From: Guillardia theta CCMP2712
Taxonomy: Eukaryota > Protista > Cryptophyta
DNA length: 32,835 bases
Reading direction: 5' to 3'
Assembly (NCBI RefSeq): GCF_000315625.1
Contig: NW_005434651.1
Span: forward strand, 58,195 to 91,029
Shown here: positions 21,052-32,835 of the stretch, piece after piece
How positions within the stretch are numbered: the stretch's first letter is position 1
Layout: each line of letters begins with the position of its first letter
The notes under the pieces: model-generated
Seen by the model: only the letters and a program-made list of their open reading frames with translations
Told to the model about the DNA's origin: nothing
The model's database searches: none
Made by a program: the position numbers and the translations under genes

Positions 21052-22380
21052 ATGAGCATAGCGAGGAAGCTCCCGACGGAGAGTATCGACTTCTCATCTC
21101 CATCAAAACCAACCGCAAGCTCGTCCTCTCCTCAGCGGCAATACAACCTGGAGGGAAGAGTGAAGGGGCTGGAGGAAGCAGAACTAGCAGCATGGCTCCC
21201 CTACGCGCACCTGCGGTCACCTCCTTCGGTCGACAAGGTTGCAGCCGAGCAGAGCAAACCCTTGAAGGATGTTGAGGCAGACGGCGGGGAGACAAAGGAA
21301 GAGAAAGCGAGCGGGAAGCACGTGAAACCATGGTTACTGGACACCATGACCAACAGAGAGGGACTGCCTGACCTGCTGCTGGACGACAGCCGTTACATCG
21401 CTGCTCCCAACTGGAAGAGAGCTGAACTCCTGAAAGAGCTTGCGATCCATGGGGAGCGGGGAGACGCCAAGTTGATCGACGTGGGCAAGCACTTCCTCCA
21501 TGACCCGGAGGGCATGGTCCGTGCCGCAGCCCTGCGCCTGCTGGCCAAGGTGACGACTCGAGGAGACAAGTCGGTGGTGCATGACGTGCTGAGGCTGACC
21601 AAAGATGCGGCGAGCAAGGTGAGGATGGAGGCGTGCAACACGATCAGGGAGATAGGGAGCAGGGGAACTCCTGCTTCCAGCATCGCGGTACCTACGGGGA
21701 CAGCGGCAGACGTGAAGCTCTTGAACAGAGACGAAGCCTCGATCAAGGCTCTGATGCCGCTAGTGGATGACGACATGGGATACGTGCGAGTGGCAGCCGT
21801 TGAGGCGCTTGACGTCATCAACAGCGGGTGGCAGAGGTTCGAGTTCAACGAGAACCGACGAGACGATGCGAAGATGCTGTCGCAGCGCCGGCAGCCTCCT
21901 GTTCCCAGCCCTGTCAAAGCTAAAGTGCCAGAGCTCGAGGACGTCCTGCAGCGAAAGTCGTTCCTGCCGGATGTGCAAGCAGGGGCAGCGAAGAAGCTCG
22001 ACTTCGGCTCGAGGAAGGCAGCTGGGCCTGAGCAGGGGGCGGGGAGGAGGGCTGGGAGGTCTACGCTGGCGGGGTACAAGTATTCCTGGTACAACGACGA
22101 GCTGAGGCAGGAGCGGAGCGTGAAGCTGTTCGAGGAGGCGCAGGAGAAGGCAAGCTTGCAGCGCAAACACACGGTGCACGAGGTGACGGAGCCTGGATCG
22201 AGGAGCGTGACGACCGAGTGGATGGGGATCGAGTGGGTGGATCGAACGAAGAGGGAGTACTTCGGGAAGGTGATCCATCCTCTGGGAGCTGGAGTAGACC
22301 CAACGCGCGATGTCGTACCGGCGCCATACAACGCTGGGTACAACGGCTTCACGACGCCGCTGGGGTACAACTACATGTGA
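21052..22380 (+). CDS. HEAT-repeat (PBS-lyase-like HEAT) protein
   Basis: Long ORF with repeats FLHDPEGMVRAAALRLLAKV, LTKDAASKVRMEACNTIREI, LVDDDMGYVRVAAVEAL; start and introns uncertain. Confidence 0.75.
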   Translation: MSIARKLPTESIDFSSPSKPTASSSSPQRQYNLEGRVKGLEEAELAAWLPYAHLRSPPSVDKVAAEQSKPLKDVEADGGETKEEKASGKHVKPWLLDTMTNREGLPDLLLDDSRYIAAPNWKRAELLKELAIHGERGDAKLIDVGKHFLHDPEGMVRAAALRLLAKVTTRGDKSVVHDVLRLTKDAASKVRMEACNTIREIGSRGTPASSIAVPTGTAADVKLLNRDEASIKALMPLVDDDMGYVRVAAVEALDVINSGWQRFEFNENRRDDAKMLSQRRQPPVPSPVKAKVPELEDVLQRKSFLPDVQAGAAKKLDFGSRKAAGPEQGAGRRAGRSTLAGYKYSWYNDELRQERSVKLFEEAQEKASLQRKHTVHEVTEPGSRSVTTEWMGIEWVDRTKREYFGKVIHPLGAGVDPTRDVVPAPYNAGYNGFTTPLGYNYM

Positions 22381-22499
22381 GGGAGCGACGCGTGCTGCTT
22401 GCTCTGCTGTTCTTTCTTAGTAGTTGTAATTGTAATTCGATTCTCGGAGCGGAGGAGCACGGAAAGACCCTTGAGACCTGCTGGACCTGACGGAAGAAG

Positions 22500-24601
22500 T
22501 GACAGGGTCATGGCAAAGTTGCGATGAAGGGAGGAGGGAGGACGAGGTAGGGGGGCATGGCAGGAGGAGAGGAGGGCAGGAGGAAGCATGGGACAGGGAC
22601 CTTTCTCTTTCTCTGCTGCTGCCTCGCTCTTGCTCCATGAGTATTCTGAGTGAAGGATGAGCAACGTGGTAGGAAAAGGACGCCTGTCACCTGACGATGT
22701 ACATGAAGATGTTCACCACGTCCAAGTAGAGCTGGAGGGAGGATGAGACTCGCGATCGGTCAGCCAGCATCGACCTGTAGGGCGTGATGGACAGGGTCGA
22801 AGTCCGGCGCTCGAGTCCCCCATGGTGTGATGCGAATCTCCTGAAGGATGGGATGAGAGGAGTGGAGACAGCGAGGAAGTCTACCGATCCCGGAAGCTTC
22901 GAAGCCTCCTTCACCACCTGCCTGCTCCATCAGACCGAGCGAGAGGGCAGAGGCGTGTTGCCTTTGCTGTGTCGTACAACAAGTAGCCGCTGAAGAGAGC
23001 CGCACCAAAGTAGGAAAATCCTACATGCTCACCGAATCAATAGGGAGAGAGGAAGAGAGAGGAGGAGTGGAAGAGATAGGGAGAGGGAGGGAGAGGGAGG
23101 AGGAGAAGGAGGGAGGGAGGGAGGGAGACGTTGGAGGGAGTCAGCAAGAAGAGAGAAAGCAAGGAGGGAGGGTTCAGGGTTTACGTTTCGAAGTGAAGGA
23201 AGAGAAAGAGAAGGACAAGGACGGGGAAAAGAGGATAAAGGACCAGGAGGAGGACAAGGAGGAGGACAAGGATGAGGTTGAAGAGGAGGAGGAGATCACC
23301 AATATGCATGACTGATGAAGTTCGCCATATCATGTTGATAAGACTTGCTCCAATGAGCAAACCTGCAACCAGTCAACACCTTGCAAGAAAGGACGCGGCT
23401 GGTTACCAAGACCTCCCCCGAGAAACCCTCCTATCCAAAGGAAGTTTGTGGACGGTGATGCCGCAACGACGCAAGATATGGCTGCAATGCTCTCATGCAC
23501 AGGAGCAGCAGCAATGCTTGTCACCCGCGAAGTCAGCAGCTGTCAGAACAGCAGCTTGCACAAGAACGTCGAGGTAGCCGTGCTGTGCGCATATCAGTCT
23601 GATCACAAGGTCGATGCCAAACCTGAGCGAAGTTGAGAAGCAGAACAGACAGCAGCACTCCTTGCACTGCTGCAAACCCGTAGAAATGCAGAATCTTCTC
23701 TGTCCTGCTCAGAGACTTACGGTGATTGATTAATCGTTCACGTGCCTTCACCTGTCGTTGTCATAATCGAGCGCGCTCATCTTGTACACGATGGCAACAC
23801 CCATGAGACTGATCTGCGAAGATGTGAGAAGAAGCTAACAGAGCCCTTGGAGGTTCTCGAGATGTCAACTCACCAGCATCGGGGCCCATGAATGCATTGG
23901 AACTAACCCAAGCTTCCACAACAGGAAGGCTGTGCCCGACCAGATGATCGTACTAAGGGCGAAGTGTGTGTACGTTGTTCTTATCCTCGACCTCGTCAAC
24001 TTTGACCAATCTACATCAAGACAAGCTCAGTGACTTCAAACCTGTCTCAGTCTTCACCTTTTGTCCCCTTCACCACGTTTCCTGCCACCTGTTTGGCATC
24101 TTAGCCAAGGATCGCAGGGGATTAGGACCTGTCGCCTACCATGAGAGCCGCTATGCCGGCCATTGGTGCATACAGACCAAGGGCTGGACTAACTCCAGAC
24201 ATCTGAGGCAAGCTGAACAAGAGAAGCACGTATCACCCTTGTTCACAAACACCTTCCATGTTCCAAACCCGAGGGTTGAGGGGAGAGGCCTTCCACCCAT
24301 GGGACCGTTGACAAGTCCTCCCCTCATACGCAAGCACCTGATACGATTATAACCCTGATCAAAACAACCCTACGTTCTCCCATGTTCATCCGCATCACCT
24401 TCCATGTACTTGTTCCTCCCGCTCGTACGAGAGCCAGTGTTTTGTCGAGCTGACCTCTCCCGCATGTTTCATCGTGAGCACATTCATCTGATCAGATCGC
24501 TCATGCTGGTTTCTCTGCATGTCCACAGCCATCATTCGCAGCCCCTCTCCCCTCAGCGCCATCGTCGCCACCGCCAACACACACAGTCGTCGGCCTGCCA
24601 T
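22500..24601 (-). CDS. Bax inhibitor-1 / GHITM (TMBIM) family membrane protein, multi-exon
   Basis: Exon fragments on the minus strand: VVAASPSTNFLWIGGFLGGGLG/LLIGASLINM, YFGAALFSGYLLYDTAK, DFDPVHHALQ/LYLDVVNIFMYIV, which are hallmark BI-1/GHITM C-terminal motifs. Boundaries are approximate. Confidence 0.72.
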
Positions 24602-24763
24602 AGCGCAATCCTCAGACAAGCCCTCGTCCCCACCCCGACGTAAAAAGAAGAATGCTATAACACAAGGCCTGTAGTCAAGATAATACTACTGATTTCGACC
24701 TCTGTAGTCAAATTGTAACTGATATAATCAATGTCATCGGCCTTGTATGAAAAATCTGACGCC

Positions 24764-26716
24764 ATGCGCTTGCTGGTTCTGGCGATGATGGCGGCGTCGG
24801 CGTCGGCATGGCTGGCTCCTTCACTCGCTCCACCTGGCACCAGTGCCTTATCACTTCCTTCATGCACTTCCTCCTCGAGCCCCTCTTCCCTGCTCTGTAC
24901 CTCTAACAGAGCCTCGACGTTGCCCACCCTGGCCCCGCGTGTACGATCCCGATCAGGATCATTGGCGCTGCGCTCGCACGAAGGAGGAAGTGAGCCTGCC
25001 GTGGGTCGTAGGCAAGCAAACTTCATGCTGGGAGCGATTCTCCTTGCGGGATTCGCCCCAGCTGCTGGCGCAAAGAGTTCAACAGAGCTCGAGCGCGAGG
25101 TGGCTTCGCTTGAGAAGGAGGTTAACAGTGTGTTTGTGTCCCTGGCCTCGCTGATGCTCCTGGTCTAGGTTGAGGCCTCCTTCAAAGAAGCCGTCGGTGT
25201 GTCCGCCAAGGGCAAGTCCTCCTTCCAGAAAGCGCTCAAGGAAGGAGAGTCCATCAAGAGCTTGTTCGAGGAGCTCAAGTCACTTTCGGAGAAAGTGGCT
25301 GGGAGCTTCAACGAACTGAAGGATCTTGGACAGTCTGTAGCAGAGAAGCTAAGTGATGAAGAAGAGGCGCTGGGCGAGGCAGCTGTGCAGGCTTACGAGC
25401 AAGCTGAAGAGGCAAGCGCAGTCAGGAAGAACAGCGAGAAAACAGCAGAGCTGTTCGCCAAGGGCGACAAGTTGCGAAGCGAAGTGAGGGTGAAGGTTCA
25501 GAAGCAGAAGGACTGGCAGAAGAGTCTTGAGGAACTGAAGAAGGCCGAGAGCTTGTTTCAAACGTCTCTCAAGACCAACCAGAAAGCTGTGACCGACATC
25601 AAGAGCGCCATGGCAAACGTCTCGCTGGCCTCAGCGTCTTTCACCAAGGCTGTTTCAGAGATGAACAACGTGAAGCTCTTCAATGAGGCAGGAAGCCTTC
25701 CCAACGCTCAGTCTTCCCTCGCAACCATCAAGAATGCTGTCGAGCTCAACAAGAAGGCTTCCAACCTCGCCAAACAATCAGTGGGGGACAGTCAGCGAGC
25801 CAACAAGGTGTTGAATGACGCCATGAAGATCGCCGTCGAATCCGGAAAAGTAGGGCAGGAGGCGCTGAACAGCCTGACGAAGGGCAACAGCAAGCTCAAG
25901 GAGAAGTCGTCGAACAAGCTGAAGGATGCTCTTGCCATAGCTCAGGCTTTTGCTTCCAAGGCAATTCTTACCAGGACCTTGTCGAGAAACTGACCGTACT
26001 CCTGCAGTCTGCTGAGGCTCAGAAAAGGACCACTGCTTTCCTTGAGACCCTAAAAGATAGTGAGAAGAATGTGATGGAGGCTATGAACAAGGTTGGAATG
26101 TTTGCACTCTTGCAGAAAGTTTCAACTCACTGTCTTGTCACGACAGTACGCGCAAGCTGAGAAGTCAGGAATCAAGGCAGACAAGGTGTATGAGATGGTC
26201 AAGATTGAGGCACAAAAGGAGCAGGACGAGATCGCCAAGTACAGGAAGAACCGAAGGATGGAGACCAAGAAAGCTGCTGAGATGACGGCAGACACGTCTC
26301 CTCCCCCCCGCCAACCATCCAAGGCAGCACCAGGTGGAAGACAAACGACTGCTTGTGACCTCCCTCTGACTCTCCCCAGCTCCCGTCAAGAAGGAGTCTC
26401 CCTCCCCGCCGCAGGTTAAGCCGTCGGTGACTCTTCCCAGCACGGACTCGGTGAGGTCCACTCTATGCACAGACCCTCACTGACTGGGCCCAGCTGAAGA
26501 TTGAAGCTCCTGCTCCTCCTCCCGCCCCCAAGGCTCCCAAGCTGAAGAAGCTTGCGGAACCAGCGGCTGCTCCGGTGAGCTCGTCGCGATGATTCTAATG
26601 CCTGGTCACGCGACTGTCACGTGCAGGAAACGTCGGACGCTCCAGCCCTGAAGCCCAAGGCGACTGTGAAGGAGCCAGCCAGGGAGTCAGCTGGACCCGC
26701 GCTGACGTTGGAGTAG
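24764..26716 (+). CDS. Plastid-targeted, probably thylakoid-lumen, Ala/Lys/Glu-rich coiled-coil protein, multi-exon
   Basis: Signal peptide MRLLVLAMMAASASA|W, Ser-rich transit peptide, then VGRRQANFMLGAILLAGFAPAAGA|K (twin-Arg, hydrophobic, AxA). Introns 25121-25168 (GT-AG) and 25961-26007 (GC-AG) restore the frame; Pro/Ala-rich tail. Confidence 0.72.
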
Positions 26717-26884
26717 AGGACTTGATGATATGACTGAACTTATAAACATGTAAGACGCGTACAGCCGGGCTGGTCGGAGTAGAGAACTTGATGTGATTGA
26801 AACATCCTATACGGTCGCCCCCCGATCATCGGACGTCGGAGCCTCCGGGACGGCCTGCTCGGAGGTCTCGGCACAGCCGTAGCC

Positions 26885-27030
26885 ACTCGGAGCAGCAACT
26901 TGGAGCAGCACTTGGAGCTGACTTGGAGCAGTGACTTGCAGCAGCTTGGAGCAGCAGAGCTTCAGAGAGCTTGGAGTGCAGTTCAGTGGAGTGACCAGTG
27001 GAGCTGAGTGGCTGCTGAGTGGAGTGACTA
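26885..27030. repeat. Degenerate short-period repeat (CTTGGAGCAG / GTGGAGTG-like)
   Basis: Repeated ttggagcagca/ttggagc/agtggag motifs in the intergenic region. Confidence 0.6.
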
Positions 27031-27108
27031 CCAATTCGGGTCTACCGACATTCGCGGTACACACCAACTAGGGTTCTCTATCGGGAGTTGACGAGGCGGG
27101 GGGGCGCA

Positions 27109-30100
27109 ATGCGGGTCCTGACATGGCTGCTCTGCTGCCTCCTCGCCGCTGAAGCGCTGGACTACAGTGACCCCTACATGGATCTCTCATGGCAGGAAGT
27201 TCCCGCTGCTCCCGAACCGCTCGAGACGAAGCTCATCGACGGCCTGCTGGAGCAGCCGAAGTCGGAGGCAGGAGGTTGCGATGCGTCATCCCCTTGCCCG
27301 GCGCTCGCACCCCCGGTAGGATTCTTCCTGCTCATGAATCCGAACGCGACAGGAAAGAGCAATGCACTCCCTCCCAGCGGCATGAGGCTCAGCTCCACGG
27401 GCTTGACGTTGCCTGCTAGTCAAGCACCAACTTCATCATCGCCAGACAACGCGGGGACACGAGGCTATGTAGAATGGCCGGCGGATGCGCAGCCATTCCT
27501 TTCCAACAACTTCACGCTAGAGTTCTGGTTGTATCCTATGCAAGGGCAAGAAGAGCTTTCAGGGATAGCTGGCAACATGTACAGGTTTGATACTTTTTTG
27601 CCCGCAACATTTTATGTTCTGATTCGCTTGCAACAGTTCTGGGCTGAAACATTCTGGATGGGAGATATTCTTGACGAGTGAAAGCTGCGATCAACAACCA
27701 TGCACATTCAAGCTTGTATTCGTAGTATCAGACATGTCCCTACAGGTACCCTTATCTCTAAACGACGTTGCACTCTTGAGATAATTTCTGATGGACAGGG
27801 ACGATTGGAAGACATTCTTGTGAACGAAGCTTACTTCTTCATAGAAAGCAACACATGGACGCATGTGGCTTGCATGTTTGATCCAGTCAACGGTCCAGCG
27901 ATGTATGCGAACGGGGTCCTGAAATCGCAGAAACATGGGAAGGGAGGCGGGATTGATTACTCGATGCCAAACAGTTTCAGAGTGGGAGCTTACAAGGACG
28001 ACGAGATGGGACTGCGAGCATTCAGAGGAGGAGTGGACGAGGTTCGGCTGTGGCAGGGGAGAGTGTCACAAGCTCAGATCATGGCGAGGATGGCGACACG
28101 ACTGACAGGGTTGGAGGTCAGTCCTTGCTTGTAAGTTTGAAAAAGCCTCCTTATGCTCGCGCAGGGAGACCTGATGGGGTACTGGCCGTTGGATGAGCAG
28201 GAAGGATTCTACGCTTTGGATCTTGTGAGCGCAAACTGTTTCCAAGTTGCTCCGTCGACCTCGGAGGGAACCGATGGGAATTGTTTGTCGTCTGTTGGGA
28301 TTCATGGATACTTGATTCAATCCGAACTGCTGGAATGGAAGTCTTCAGACTGGTCAGAACTACAAGGTAGTGTAGCAGGTACGAGTGTGTTCCGGTTCAG
28401 CGACTACTTGAGAGATTATCTAGAGCTTGAGGTAGCTCCCTTCACCGTTGGGCAACATTCACACCTGATTACTCTGACTCCCAGGCGAATTCGAAGCAAT
28501 GTACCCACATCTGGGGATATTCAGCGCCTCTTTCCATGGTGGAAGTGTTCTTTCTGGGTCAGGTGTACAAGACGCAAACAGCTCGAGCCTTGACAGGTTG
28601 GAGGAGGTGGAACGCGAAGTGTTTTCTCACCCTTTTGACGTAGATGATTTCCCAACTGAGGGCATATGGAGTGTTTGCGTCGGGACTGGAGATGTGGTTG
28701 GAGGACCTTTCAAACTGTTTGCTCGTTCAGAAGGGGAATCTATCAGTTTGTCAAACGTCATGATAGGACAAGTGAGAGACTTGACCCGCGGTGCTGAAAT
28801 CGCACGTCACTCCGCAAGCAGGTTCCCAGCTCTTGCAGCAACAGCATCATCAACCTTGCTAGAGTTCCCCAGACTTGTAAGGAGGTTGAACAAGTTTCTT
28901 GCTCCTACCACCTCACTCACTGTGTTCCTGCAGAACTTCTACCCATCAGTCTGGTTCAAGAGGGTATGCCAACACATCTCTTGATCCCTCCCTGCCTTCA
29001 GCTCCCTCTCTCTCGTCCCTCTCACCCCCTCGGCGTGTACCGGCCTCTTCCTCCCTCCCCTCTCTCCCCTCCCTCTTCCTCCCTCCCCTTCCTCTACCTC
29101 CCTCTCTCCCCTCCCTCTACCTCCCTCCCTCTACTTCCCTCCCTCTACCTCCCTCCCTCATCTTTCACTTGTCTGTGGTTTCCTGTCGGTCACGACACGG
29201 TCAGGCCATCGCGTACTGGGGATTTGACAAGTGCGGGAAGAAAAGTGAAGGGCTCACTGAGCAGGATGTGCGCATCACCGGATTCTGTGATGAGATCGGT
29301 CCTGCTCCTCCTGCTCCTCCTGCTCCTCCTGCTCCTCCTGCTCCTCCTGCTCCTCCTTCTCCTCCTTCTCTTCCTTACATCATCTGATGCATGTGTCTCC
29401 TCCAGGGATCTTGAGCCAAGGATGGAAGTTCCATCCCAATCAGTTCCTTATGGTCCGAAAGTTCGGAGGAATTGCGTCCTCGCCCCTCGTCTCCTCCTCT
29501 CACTCTGTCTCCATGTGGTTCTTGATCCACAACATCACAGGTCTTGCTCCTCGTCCTCGTCCTCCTCCTCCTTCACCACCACCACCACCACCTGCTCCTG
29601 CTCCTGCTCCTGCTCCTTCATTTCCTCCTCCTCCCTCTCCCTTTCGCCCTCCTCCTCTCCCTTTTCCCCCGCTTCCTCCTCCTTCTCAGCTCATCTCCTC
29701 TACTATCAGATGGCGACATTCCTCTCGCCACACTTGGCAGCGCACGTCACTCGACCATCGCTGACCTTCTCAGCTCTCCCTCCCAGCTGAGCTCGGCCTG
29801 GGATTATCAAGTGCCAGTGAGTTTGCGCCTTCTTTCAATTTGGCGGTTACGTCTGTCAAACGTCAGAGTTCGGATCTGTCAACCTGGAAGTCCTTCTTCA
29901 CCTTACGAGCCTCGAGCAAGATGTGCAGAAACTCGACGGACGGGTTGTTCTCCTTCCTCCCTTCCTCTCCCTTCCCCGTCCCCGCACCCTCCAATCCTCG
30001 ACCTCCTCTCACGTCATCTCCTCCTACCTCCTCCTCCTCCTCCTACCTCCTCCTGCTTCCTGCTCCCTCTCTCGACTTCTTCCTTTCTTCTTCTGTCTTG

Positions 30101-31995
30101 ATGCCTTCCCCTCCTCCTTCACCTTCCTCCTCCTCCTTTCTCTTGCCATCGCACCCTGCCGCTCGTCCTCTCCTTGTAGTCCTCACACCTTTTCTCAGAG
30201 GAGGACCACACCTTACCTTCGGGGTCCTGTCAAGTTCACAACAAGACTACTTCCACTGCACTGGTACTGATAGGATGTTCTGATTTCTTCTTATCCCTGC
30301 ATTCTCTCCCTCTCCCACTGTCGTCCTCATCAGAATTTTCAGGAAATTCCCTCCTGTATGGCGTCTGGTATCATGTGGTGTGGAGCTACGACGACGAGAA
30401 TAGCGAGTTGAACTTCTGGGTCAACGGATTTCACCGAAGACGATTGCAGGTCATCGCTATGAACTCCTCCGCTTCCTCCTCCTCCTCCTCCTTCCCTCTC
30501 TTTCCTTTCCTCCTCCTTCCTCCGACTTTCCCTCGCTCGCTTCTTTCGTTGTTCCAAGTCTGAAGGAGGAGGTCAGGTCAGCGCCGCGATCGATCTCGGG
30601 GGAGAGGAGGAGATGGAATGTCCTTCATGCTCGGACGCGATCCTGCGACTCGCACAGTAAACTCAACGTGGACGGTGGACGAGGTGAGAGCAGCTTGTAG
30701 AAGAGAGCAAGAGGAGGAGAGGAGGAGGAGGACAGGAGGGAGACGGGAGCGAGGAGGGGAGGAAGGGAGAGGAGAGGAGAGGAGAGGAGAGGGAAGGGAG
30801 GGGAGGGGAAGTTACATGCGAAGTGGTGTTTGAGCGGACGGTGATTCTCCTTCAGTTGTTTGTGATGAAGGGGACGGTGACATCCGAAGACGTCAAGAAC
30901 TTGCTGGAATATCCTTACTCCGAGTACAAGAGCACAGAGCTGATGCAAGGATCGGTATTTTCTCTTCCTCCCTCCTCCTTCTCTCCTCCTCTCCTCTCCC
31001 TGGCTATCTCTTTCCCTCTTGCTCTCACTCCCTGTTGCTCTCCTTCCTCTCCCCACCTTTGCAACTTGTCCTGTTGCCTGTCCCATTCTCTTCTCCTCCT
31101 CCTCCTTCTCCTCCCACATCTCATCGCCTTTCAGTCGCAGTTGCTGGAGAGTTACAACCTCATCTACACGCTCAGCGGGAGCAAGAAGAGCAGCAACAAG
31201 CGTCCTCTCAAGCAGGACTACATCTCGCAGGGAGTTGACGTTGAGCTCGCTTCCTCCTCCTACTGCAGCAAGAGGATCCCTTACTTTATCGACGAGCAGC
31301 TCAACCCCCTGGTGCGAAAGTCCTTCCCACCCTCCTCTCCTCCTTCCCACCCTCCTCCCCTTCTCACTTCCTTGTCCTCCTCCTCTACCTTCATCAACCC
31401 CCTCGTTTTCTACTCCTCCTCTCCTTCTCTCCTCTCCTCTTCTGTTCTCTTCCACTCCTCTTCTTCTCCTTACCTTCCTTGTCTCACCTATCGCAGGGCG
31501 TTGGCCGCTGCACGACGGACTGTGACTGCTGTGGGTTCCGCAACTGCTCGGAGTTCGGCGTCTGTCTTGGGTCAGCTGACCTCCAGCTCAACCCTGACTG
31601 CCTCAACGTCTCCCATCCTCCCCGAACCTTCCCCGAGCTGCCAACCTACTCTGCCGAGCACGTTCGTCCTCCTCTCCAGCGACCTGCCGGACCGACTGCA
31701 CCCCTTCTTCCATCCCTCAGTTTGCTCCACAGGTGCTCCTCCTCTCCTGCAACCTCCTCTTTCACTCCTCCACTCCCTTCCAGCTCTTCTTCCTGCTCCC
31801 GTTCCAGCTCTGACGCTGATCCCCCTCACCCAGCGTCTCCCTCCCTTGCCGGACAAGAGCGTCGGACCGGACCCGAGCTACCTGCAGGCGAGTAGAGCAG
31901 CACGCGTGCGAGGTGATGGTGACAGAGGGAGCAGAGACTGGGAGGCATCCTCGACACGGCTGGGTACGGCGTGCTCAGCAACGAGAAGGATGTGA
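27109..31995 (+). CDS. Large secreted protein with LamG/concanavalin-A-like (LamG-3) domains, many exons
   Basis: Signal MRVLTWLLCCLLAAEA; LamG-3 motifs NFTLEFWLYP, WTHVACMFD, FRVGAY...FRGGVDEVRLW, LMGYWPLDE; a second domain (AIAYWGFD, HSVSMWF, HVVWSYD..LNFWVNG, FMLGRD..VDE); Cys-rich segment CTTDCDCCGFRNCSEFGVC. CT-rich introns; 3' end uncertain. Confidence 0.72.
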
Positions 31996-32194
31996 CGTCC
32001 CCGCAATGAGGAGAGCCTTGCTCGACCTTCATGGCAGGGAGGTGTAGGAGATGGAAGATGACGATGAAGACGAGGATGAAGATGTTTATGATCAAGTTAA
32101 TGTTAATGATAATGTCTTTGTAGCGATAGCAGTCAGCCCTGTAGATGTTCTTTATGTACAACAGCTCTTGTAACATATGCTTTCAATGTAACCC

Positions 32195-32640
32195 TCAAAC
32201 ATATTCTACTTGGATCTTGTCAGATTTCAAGGTCGACGCGTCAAGCCCTCCGTCGATGAATGTCTAAAAGCACTTCGTCACTCCTCCTCTCGTCGCGCCT
32301 CCTCCTCCTCCTCCTCCTCCTCCTCCTTCTCCTCCTCCTCTCGTACCTGAAGGAGTTTCCCCTCGTCCTTCAGCATCATGTCCAAGAACTAATCGAACGA
32401 ATCATCAGAATCCTTCCTCACCCTCCTCTCTCTTCTTTCTTCTCTCTTCTCTCTTCTTCTTCATGGATTCCTCTGAGCTCTCACCATGTCATTGCTTGAC
32501 AGGTCGTTTTGAAACACGCTGTGCATGCCGTTGGGGAACTTCTCCCGGATCTGCTTGATGTACTCGGGGGGACACCAGGGCCGCCAGTTCCCCAGCAGCG
32601 ATCCAGACCTGAATTTCCCGGATGAGATGAGCTGGTGGGC
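32195..32640 (-). CDS. 3' exons of an unknown gene extending beyond the window
   Basis: Exon-like fragments AHQLISSGKFRSGSLLGTGGPGVPPEYIKQIREKFPNGMHSVFQNDLSSNDM, FLDMMLKDEGKLLQ and TFIDGGLDASTLKSDKIQVEYV* separated by low-complexity GT..AG introns. Confidence 0.45.
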
Positions 32641-32835
32641 AGTTCGAGAGCGAGCGAAGGGAAATATGGAGACGAGGGGAAGGGGAGAGGAGCGGGGAGG
32701 AGAGGGGAGGAGAGGGGAGGAGAGGGGAGGAGGGGGAGAGGGAGGGAGGAGGGGAGAGGGAGGGAGGAGGGGAGGGAGGGAGGAGGAGGGAGGGAGGAGC
32801 TGGAGGAAGGGAGGGAGGGAGGAGCGGTGAAAGTA

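Noticed and set aside
20727-21059. LLS/REQ repeat proteins
   Set aside because: Translations of a 9-bp tandem repeat with no independent coding support.
28899-31995. Pro/Ser/Leu-rich long ORFs (extensin-like)
   Set aside because: Read-through of CT-rich microsatellite introns within the LamG gene.

Overview
Eukaryotic genomic DNA with short (about 45-75 nt) spliceosomal introns, CT/GA-rich microsatellite introns and an ASA-W type bipartite plastid presequence. This points to a secondary-plastid alga, probably a cryptophyte such as Guillardia (inference). The first 18 kb is a duplicated cluster of four paralogous two-exon genes. Manual splicing joins each kinase ORF in frame to the WD40 ORF that follows it, giving one architecture: [MLKL-like four-helix-bundle N-terminal domain]-[TKL-type protein kinase]-[7-8 WD40 repeats]-[basic NLS-like tail]. 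The helical domain and kinase are almost identical between copies, while the kinase activation loop and the whole WD40 propeller are hypervariable and shuffled. This resembles a variable innate-immune/cell-death receptor family (compare MLKL and fungal HET-E/NWD); the function is inferred, not shown. The genes sit in head-to-head pairs, with each other or with a duplicated FAR1/MULE-type Zn-finger + SAM gene. An AT-rich, decayed, virus-like insert with iterated and inverted repeats lies inside the cluster. The rest of the window holds ordinary genes: a GT23/FUT8-like fucosyltransferase, a HEAT-repeat protein, a BI-1/GHITM-family membrane protein, a plastid/thylakoid-lumen-targeted coiled-coil protein, a large secreted LamG-domain protein and the 3' end of another gene.
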